Shown here in pieces: positions 28,101-33,197 of a DNA stretch of 33,197 nucleotides. The notes under the pieces are model-generated. The model did no database searches and was not told where the DNA came from. It saw nothing but the letters and a program-made list of their open reading frames with translations. The stretch is taken from positions 1 to 33,197 of the forward strand of contig CBDBIJ010000038.1 of NCBI GenBank assembly GCA_965205655.1, in the 5' to 3' direction. This stretch comes from Candidatus Latescibacterota bacterium. GTDB taxonomy: Bacteria > Latescibacterota > UBA2968 > UBA8231. The translations under genes were made by a program, and so were the position numbers. Every line of letters begins with the position of its first letter. Positions within the stretch are counted from its first letter, which is position 1.

Positions 28101-28433
28101 GAGGCCGAAGGCGCGGGCCATGATCTCATCGAGGGCGGCCGCTTCGGCCTGTCGAATGTCCCGGTCGAGGGACTCGAACTCGTCATTGAGGCGCTCCCTG
28201 TCGTCGGGTTCGAGATCGCCCCGGAGGCGCTCCTCGAGCTCGCCAAACGAGGTCGCGAGGTCGCCGGTCCGCTGGGAGATTTCGGCTTTGAACTCCGCCG
28301 TCTTCGCCACCAGCTCCGCATCGGAGAGGCGCTCGTAGTCCTCCGAAAAGCGGCGGATTTCGCCGATGAGATCGGAGGACCTCTTGAACTCGCGCTCCGA
28401 CTGGGAGCCGAAGATTTTCTTGATGTTCAGCAT
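25125..28433 (-). CDS. secA: Preprotein translocase ATPase SecA
   Basis: EMATGEGKT, DEAD, RTPLIISG, GMTGTA, ATNMAGRGTDI, RIDRQLRGRSGRQGDPG and C-terminal SEC-C CPCGSGKKYKRCC. The true start is MLNIKKIFG at 28433. Confidence 0.98.
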   Translation of the reverse strand: MLNIKKIFGSQSEREFKRSSDLIGEIRRFSEDYERLSDAELVAKTAEFKAEISQRTGDLATSFGELEERLRGDLEPDDRERLNDEFESLDRDIRQAEAAALDEIMARAFGLVRETCRRLVGRSWEGVAGQEEWFMVPYDVQLFGAIVLHQGKIAEMATGEGKTLVATMPLYLNALTGRGCHLITHNNYLAKRDAMWMGATYNSLGLSVGVVQDARQTGGAEAYLLPAQEGVPDDFVWQPATRREAYRADIVYATKDQVGFDYLYDNMATRREDMSLREFNYAIVDEADSNLIDDARTPLIISGPVPESTNRYSEFKPLVEKLLQAQTNLVNKTIAAAEKAHRDDESDTDGVDYDVGIDLLKASRGAPKNKRLMKLLQEEGIKRLISRVEADYMRDKRLNEIDESLYYIVDERAHTIDLTEQGRDLLSPDEQALFILPDLSEKIDAIRKDAALTDDERREQEEEAYRDHAHRTEAVHNINQLMKAYSLFEKDIQYLVTEDKKVVIVDESTGRPQPGRRFADGLHQALEAKEGVKVEQETQTVATITLQNLFRMYHKIAGMTGTAETESHELWEIYKLDVVVVPTHRPVRRVDHEDQIYRTKREKYNAIIEDAAALHELNLPVLVGTVSVEASELLSRMLTRRGIKHQLLNARYHEKEAQVVAEAGQPGAVTIATNMAGRGTDIKLNPEVIHIDRTVVESDVTLDQRASGGTLREELSEHPSGLQVIGTERHEARRIDRQLRGRSGRQGDPGSSRFYLSLEDDLMRLFGSERIASVMDRLGAEEGEVIEHRMVTRSIERAQKKVEARNFDMRKHLLEYDDVMNQQRQVIYNRRRDVLERDSAREQVLEIMEETVDGLMATHIHAEAHPEEWPWEDFAAEVGGTFFTPFPIDVDQRATATPEQVREQVLHCVTEAYEKRLELVGEETFREVEKALLLHTIDTCWQEHLYEMDELKEGVGFVGIGGKNPLIEYKKGAYDMFEQLVDRINQESLRNLLRLRIEAEPPTIEARQQAGRYSSIHREATNLGFRPGAAAESGADRADGLLLGQPGAAQKAPRDRGLVSGGPDGGGEATREPVRVGPKVGRNTPCPCGSGKKYKRCCGRAA

Positions 28434-28435
28434 AG

Positions 28436-29167
28436 CTAGTGGCCGTGTTTCAAACGCTCGGCCAGGAATGGAGGCAGTCCCGCCTCGACGATCTTCGCGG
28501 CGGCGGCATCGATGTCGTACTCCACGCGGACGAACTCCACGGCGTCGTCGCTGTCGTCGTGGAGCGCTACACAGGCGCGCGGATCCCCATCGCGCGGCTG
28601 TCCGACGCTGCCCACATTGACGAGGTAGCGGCTGTTCGGTTCCAGATCGACCCTGCCAGTACCGTCGTCGACGATCTCGGGCCCGGAATCGCCGACTGCG
28701 CAGGCGAACGGGTCGTGGGAGTGACCGACAAAGCAGAGCCTCGTGCTCACCGCCTTCATGGCGGCAACGGCATCCCGAACCGACAGAACGTAGCCCCAAT
28801 CTGCCGGCTCGACTGGCTCTGCATGAACGTAGAAAGCGTCTCCGCTCACGTCGGTCAGGGGAAGGTCGGCGAGGAAACGGCGTTCCTCGCTCGGCATATG
28901 ATCCCTGGTCCAACTCACTGCTTTCCTGGCGTAGTTGTTAAAATAAGTGACATCCTGGAGGCCGGCCACAGCGGCGTCGTGGTTCCCGAGCAGAATCCTG
29001 TTCGTCAAAGAGCGGACGATCGCCAGGCATTCACCAGGATCGGCTCCGTAGCCGACGATATCCCCCAAACAGATCCAGCGATCGACCCGACGGTCCTTGA
29101 CGGTGCGACAAATCGACTCGAGAGCCTCGAGATTGGCGTGGATGTCGGAGAGGATGGCAGTGCGCAT
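28436..29167 (-). CDS. Calcineurin-like metallophosphoesterase (MJ0912/YfcE-like)
   Basis: SDIHAN, GDIVGYG, GNHD, H, GHSH and NVGSVGQPRDGD. Confidence 0.93.
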   Translation of the reverse strand: MRTAILSDIHANLEALESICRTVKDRRVDRWICLGDIVGYGADPGECLAIVRSLTNRILLGNHDAAVAGLQDVTYFNNYARKAVSWTRDHMPSEERRFLADLPLTDVSGDAFYVHAEPVEPADWGYVLSVRDAVAAMKAVSTRLCFVGHSHDPFACAVGDSGPEIVDDGTGRVDLEPNSRYLVNVGSVGQPRDGDPRACVALHDDSDDAVEFVRVEYDIDAAAAKIVEAGLPPFLAERLKHGH

Positions 29168-29186
29168 CCACCTCACGCAGGTCTAA

Positions 29187-29690
29187 TCACGGCTTCTTCT
29201 CGTCGGGGTCTCTTGAGGTCACGACCGCGTCGAGCACGCCGTTGACAAAGGCATAGGATTGCTGGCCGCCGTACGCCTTGGCCAGCTCGACAGCCTCGTC
29301 GATGGTGACGCTCGGTGGGATGTCCGCGAAGTAGAGAATCTCAGTCAGGGCGAGTCGAATGATGATACCGTCGATGCGAGCGATGCGATCCGTGCGCCAG
29401 TGGGCCGCTGTCGAGTCGATGATGGAGTCTAGCTCGACGGCGCGCTCCAGGGCTGTGCGGACGAGCTGCTCGGCGAATTCGTAGGTTAGCCCGGAAACGC
29501 CATGACGACAGGCGAGCTCGGACAGGGCGCTATCGACGTCGCCGGGGGAGCAGGTCTCCCAGTAGAGGGCCTGGACGGCGAGCTGACGGGCCCCTCGCCG
29601 CGTGTTCGGGAGAGCGGGCTCGGCCCACGTGAGCTCCTCGACCTCGAGCTCGCTGTGGCTGCCGGCGGGCTCGGCCTCATCTGTTTCCAT
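29187..29690 (-). CDS. nusB: Transcription antitermination factor NusB
   Basis: RRGARQLAVQALY, W..DRIARID, IDEAVELAK and FVNGVLD. Confidence 0.95.
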   Translation of the reverse strand: METDEAEPAGSHSELEVEELTWAEPALPNTRRGARQLAVQALYWETCSPGDVDSALSELACRHGVSGLTYEFAEQLVRTALERAVELDSIIDSTAAHWRTDRIARIDGIIIRLALTEILYFADIPPSVTIDEAVELAKAYGGQQSYAFVNGVLDAVVTSRDPDEKKP

Positions 29691-29707
29691 GACGAGGATC
29701 AGCCGGG

Positions 29708-30973
29708 TCAGCCGCTCTGCGCTGTGCCGCTCGAGTCGGGGGCGTCGAACAAGGTGACGTGGCCCATCTTGTCCCGCTTCGTTTTCAGGTAGCGGATGTT
29801 GTGGGGGTTGGGCGAGGTGGCGATGGGGACCTGCTCGACGACGGAGAGCCCGTACCCTTCGAGGCCCACTCGTTTCTTCGGGTTGTTGGTCAAGAAGCGC
29901 ACCCGGCGCAAACCGAGATCGTGCAACACCTGGGCTCCGACTCCGTAATCGCGGGCATCGGAGGGAAGGCCGAGGGCGTGGTTGGCCTCGACCGTGTCCA
30001 AACCCCGCTCCTGCTGCAGCTCATAGGCCTTGAGCTTGTGGATGACTCCGATGCCTCGGCCCTCGTGATGCTGGATGTAGACGATGGCGCCCCGTCCCGC
30101 GTCGGCGATCATCTCGAACGAGCGCTCGAGCTGTTCGCCGCAGTCGCACAAGTGGGATCCCAAAGCGTCGCCGGTGACACAGCACGAATGCATGCGCACG
30201 AGGGTATCCTCTCCATCGGTGACGTCGCCCATGACGAGGGCGATGTAGGGATTGCCGTCGACGAGGCTGCGGTAGGCGTAGGCCGTGAAGTCCCCGTACC
30301 GGGTCGGCATCTTCGCCTTCGCCTCGAGTTCAATGAGTTTCTCAGTGCGGCGCCGGTAGGCGATGAGGTCGCGAATGGAGGCGATCTTAAAGCCGTGGCG
30401 TTCGGCAAAGGTGAGCAGGTACGGCGTCGCCGCCAGGCGACCGTCCTCGTCGAGAATGGCGGCGATGAGCGCAACTGGTTGAAAGTCCGCCATCCGCACG
30501 AGGTCGACGGAGGCTTCGGTGTGGCCGGCGCGCTTGAGTACGCCTCCTGGTTGCGCCAGCAGCGGCGTGATGTGGCCGGGCTGAACGAAATCGGCTGCCG
30601 AACTGTGAGGGTCGACGAGCTTCTCGACAGTGAGGGCGCGATCGTGAGCAGAAACGCCGGTGCCTTCGACGTCAGCGGCATTGATAGAGACCATGACCGC
30701 GGCACTTCTTGGTCCGGCTGAGCCTGGAAGCGGGACATCGAGGCCGAGCGCCTCGAGCCGCTCCACGGCGACGGGCGCGTAGAGCGGTCCCCCTGCCTGC
30801 CTGGTCATGAAGTGAATGGCCTCGGAGTCCGCAGCCTGGGCGGCCATAGTGAGTTCGCCCTCTCCGACAAACTCGGTTCCGTCCACATCGACGGCGCGCT
30901 CGTCCACAAGGACGACCTTCTTGCCGGCTTGCAGATCCTCTACGACTTCCTCGACGGTGCTGAAATCAGACAT
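29708..30973 (-). CDS. ribBA: RibBA-type fusion: degenerate DHBP synthase domain plus intact GTP cyclohydrolase II
   Basis: GCH II motifs RMHSCCVTGD...CDCG, EGRGIG, RDYGVGAQ and TNNPKK. The N-domain keeps TGVSAHDRA, PGH and RAGHTE but lacks RENEGD, GLIC and ICEI. Confidence 0.93.
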   Translation of the reverse strand: MSDFSTVEEVVEDLQAGKKVVLVDERAVDVDGTEFVGEGELTMAAQAADSEAIHFMTRQAGGPLYAPVAVERLEALGLDVPLPGSAGPRSAAVMVSINAADVEGTGVSAHDRALTVEKLVDPHSSAADFVQPGHITPLLAQPGGVLKRAGHTEASVDLVRMADFQPVALIAAILDEDGRLAATPYLLTFAERHGFKIASIRDLIAYRRRTEKLIELEAKAKMPTRYGDFTAYAYRSLVDGNPYIALVMGDVTDGEDTLVRMHSCCVTGDALGSHLCDCGEQLERSFEMIADAGRGAIVYIQHHEGRGIGVIHKLKAYELQQERGLDTVEANHALGLPSDARDYGVGAQVLHDLGLRRVRFLTNNPKKRVGLEGYGLSVVEQVPIATSPNPHNIRYLKTKRDKMGHVTLFDAPDSSGTAQSG

Positions 30974-31559
30974 CGGTGCTCAACATGCGCTCGACATAGC
31001 GGGCAATGAGGTCCACTTCGACGTTGACACGGGCCCCCGCGTCAACTTGCGAAAGATTCGTATGTTGTAATGTATGCGGGGTGATAGCGACGGTAAAGGC
31101 AGCGCTGTTCACGTCCACGACCGTGAGTGAAATGCCATTGACGGCGATGGATCCCTTGCTGGCGATGTAGCGTTGCAGGAGTGCCGGAGGCGCTACTTCG
31201 AGGATGGTGCTCTCTCCGTTTCGATCGAAACGCGTCACCTCGCCGACGCCGTCGACATGACCGGTGACGAGGTGTCCCCCGATCCGATCCTCCAGTCTGA
31301 GCGAGCGCTCAAGATTGACGGAATCTCCCGGTTTCCTTTCGCCGAGCGTCGTGCGCGCCAGGGTCTCCTCTACTGACTCCACCACAAAACCACCGGCCGG
31401 CAGCTCCACGACCGTGTGGCAGGCGCCATCGATGTCGATGCTGTCGCCGACGCAGATGCTCTCGAGCACGCGCCGGGCCTCGATCAGCAGTCGTTGGCAG
31501 TCTTTCCCCCTGCGGATGTCGCCCACCCGCCCCACTTCCTCGATCAGTCCTGTGAACAT
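30966..31559 (-). CDS. ribE: Riboflavin synthase (alpha chain)
   Basis: MFTGLIEE, GDSI..GAC, VNLER, GGHLVTGHVDG and KGSIAVNGISLT. Confidence 0.96.
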   Translation of the reverse strand: MFTGLIEEVGRVGDIRRGKDCQRLLIEARRVLESICVGDSIDIDGACHTVVELPAGGFVVESVEETLARTTLGERKPGDSVNLERSLRLEDRIGGHLVTGHVDGVGEVTRFDRNGESTILEVAPPALLQRYIASKGSIAVNGISLTVVDVNSAAFTVAITPHTLQHTNLSQVDAGARVNVEVDLIARYVERMLSTDV

Positions 31560-32648
31560 GCGTACCTCACGTCGGCGGTGTAGAGCAGGTCGTCTCCCAG
31601 GCGCCGGGTGCGGACCTGCTCGAGCGTAACGGCATCGGCCAGCTCCCGCGTGTCGAGCTCGCCGATGGCCGGGATGCCCTCGCCGATGATGCGCGGAGCC
31701 AGGTAGATCATAACCCGATCGACGACCTGGTCCTTCAGGGCCGAGGCCGCGAGCCGGCCACCGCCCTCGACGAGCACGCTGGTCATGCCTCTCCTGCCAG
31801 CCTCGTCCATGACGCTGCGAAGATCGAGGCGACCGTCCTCGTCCGGGAAAGTCCACACCTCGACGCCGGCGTCGAGGAAGTCACCTCTGCGCTGCGGCGG
31901 CGACGACTCGGAGGTGGCCAGGATCGCTCCCGAATGCTGGAACACTCGCGCCTGCGGAGTTAGGCGAAGCCGACCATCCACCACCACGGGCCGCGGGCCG
32001 GGGTGGCGGCTTCCGGAGCCCAGGCGAACAGTCAATTGCGGGTCGTCCACCTCGACGGTGGAGGCACCAACGAAAACGGCGTCGACGCGGCGGCGCCACT
32101 GGTGGACATGTCTTCGCGCCTTTTCGCCGGTGATCCAGCGCGGACTGCCCCCCGCGGGTGGCGATGCGCCCATCCAGACTCTGACCCAGCTTGAGGATGA
32201 CGAGCGGCCGACCGGTGCGGCGATGCTTGAGATAGGGCGCGTTGAGGCGCTCGGCGGAATCCCGCAGCAGTCCCACGTCAACTAGCAACCCCGCCTCTCT
32301 CAGTGTCGAGATTCCGCCACCGCTCACCTCCGGGTCGGGGTCTTCCATGGCACAAACGACGCGGCGTATCCCGGCCTCGATCACGGCATCGGTGCAGGGG
32401 GGTGTGCGGCCCTGATGGGGGCACGGTTCGAGGGTCACGAACATCGTCGCCATCTGGCTCGCCAGACCTGCTGCGGCCAATGCGTGGACTTCGGCGTGAG
32501 GTCCTCCCAGCTGCAGATGGGCTCCCTCCCCGACGACGCGGTCGTCGCTGACGACGACGGCGCCGACAAGTGGGTTCGGGCTCACTCGGCCGAGCCCGCG
32601 GCGCGCGAGACGCAGCGCCCGCCGCATGTGATCACCATCTTGTAGCAT
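31544..32648 (-). CDS. ribD: Bifunctional deaminase/reductase RibD (+1 frameshift ~32140)
   Basis: PNPLVG, HAE, TLEPCPHQGRTPPC and SLDGRIAT, then WITG, DDPQLTVR and VEGG in the next frame. Confidence 0.95.
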
Positions 32649-32699
32649 CGGCCTAACTTACTGTGTCGCAATCCGGTAGGGCTGTATCAGGAAGGGCTG

Positions 32700-32816
32700 A
32701 ATGTAGCTGGAGCAGGCAGAAAAGTCAACTTCCGAGAGCTGTGTTTCCGAGCGGCTTATCCTTTTGTGCACCAAATTGCACGAAGCTTGACACTCGCTTC
32801 GCTAAGACGGTATTCT
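32700..32816. promoter_or_regulatory. Divergent sigma70-type promoters for the rib operon and the exeA-like gene
   Basis: Minus: TTGACT-N17-TACATT (32728-32700). Plus: TTGACA-N18-TATTCT (32787-32816). Confidence 0.65.
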
Positions 32817-32867
32817 TTAAAAGCTTATGCCCATGTTCGACCAACGAACGGGTGGAGTTCTGCCGGC

Positions 32868-33197
32868 ATGTACCAATCCTACTGGGGACTACAGGAAAAG
32901 CCATTCGAGAACACGCCGGATCCGCGATTCTTCTTCCAGGATCCGGATACGAGCGAGGTCTTCACCCGCCTGCTCTATACGCTTCAGAGCAACAGGGGGG
33001 CCGCCCTGCTGACCGGCGGGTCCGGCTGCGGCAAGAGACGCTCGTAACGCGGGCGCTGTTACAGGAGCTCGACCCCGATAAGACGGAAGTCGCGCTGCTG
33101 CCGACACCGAGCCAGACGCCGGACGAGTTTCTGCGCGAGGTCCTCTATGAGCTCGGCGAGGACAGCCGGCCGGAGGATCGCACCCAGGCCGTTCACC
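32868..33197 (+). CDS. ExeA/GspA-like AAA ATPase, 5' part (partial; frameshift ~33036)
   Basis: MYQSYWGLQEKPFENTPDPRFFF and Walker A GGSGCGK. Removing a duplicated AG restores GKTLVTRALLQELD. Confidence 0.85.

Noticed and set aside
28434..28913. 160-aa N-terminal extension of SecA in the ORF track
   Set aside because: It overlaps the metallophosphoesterase gene in another frame. SecA homology begins at MLNIKKIFG (28433).
32649..32760. FMN riboswitch upstream of ribD
   Set aside because: No RFN consensus (AGGGCGGGGTGAAATTCCC-like), and the predicted leader is only about 45 nt.

Overview
A GC-rich bacterial chromosome segment, mostly on the minus strand. The lineage is inferred to be FCB-group, probably Latescibacterota-like, from PorV/PorQ barrels, an FlgD-Ig C-terminal domain, a cohesin-like lipoprotein and a SecA with Bacteroidota/Chlorobi-type insertions. 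Left to right: the start of a lipoprotein gene; mfd; a small 2-TM gene with an in-frame TAG whose promoter is split by a complete IS30 element; a GT-C/TPR membrane protein; tRNA-Ala(GGC); a cohesin-like lipoprotein; a beta-barrel gene with a sigma54-type promoter; a long operon (PHP - BNR propeller/FlgD-Ig - PorV x2 - site-2 protease - two paralogous lipoproteins - divergent polysaccharide deacetylase - tgt - yajC - fmt - DUF5683); two small hypotheticals; purC; an HD protein and a lipoprotein; an operon ribD-ribE-ribBA-nusB-metallophosphoesterase-secA-GT2; and the start of an ExeA-like ATPase. The most striking signal is in the riboflavin operon. ribH is missing from its canonical slot and the DHBP-synthase half of RibBA has lost its catalytic residues, so both steps that make and consume DHBP are gone here, while GTP cyclohydrolase II, RibD and riboflavin synthase look intact. 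Eight frameshifts (mfd x5, TPR gene, ribD, exeA) are all small insertions near the window ends and are probably sequencing errors. All family assignments come from motif recognition, not database searches.
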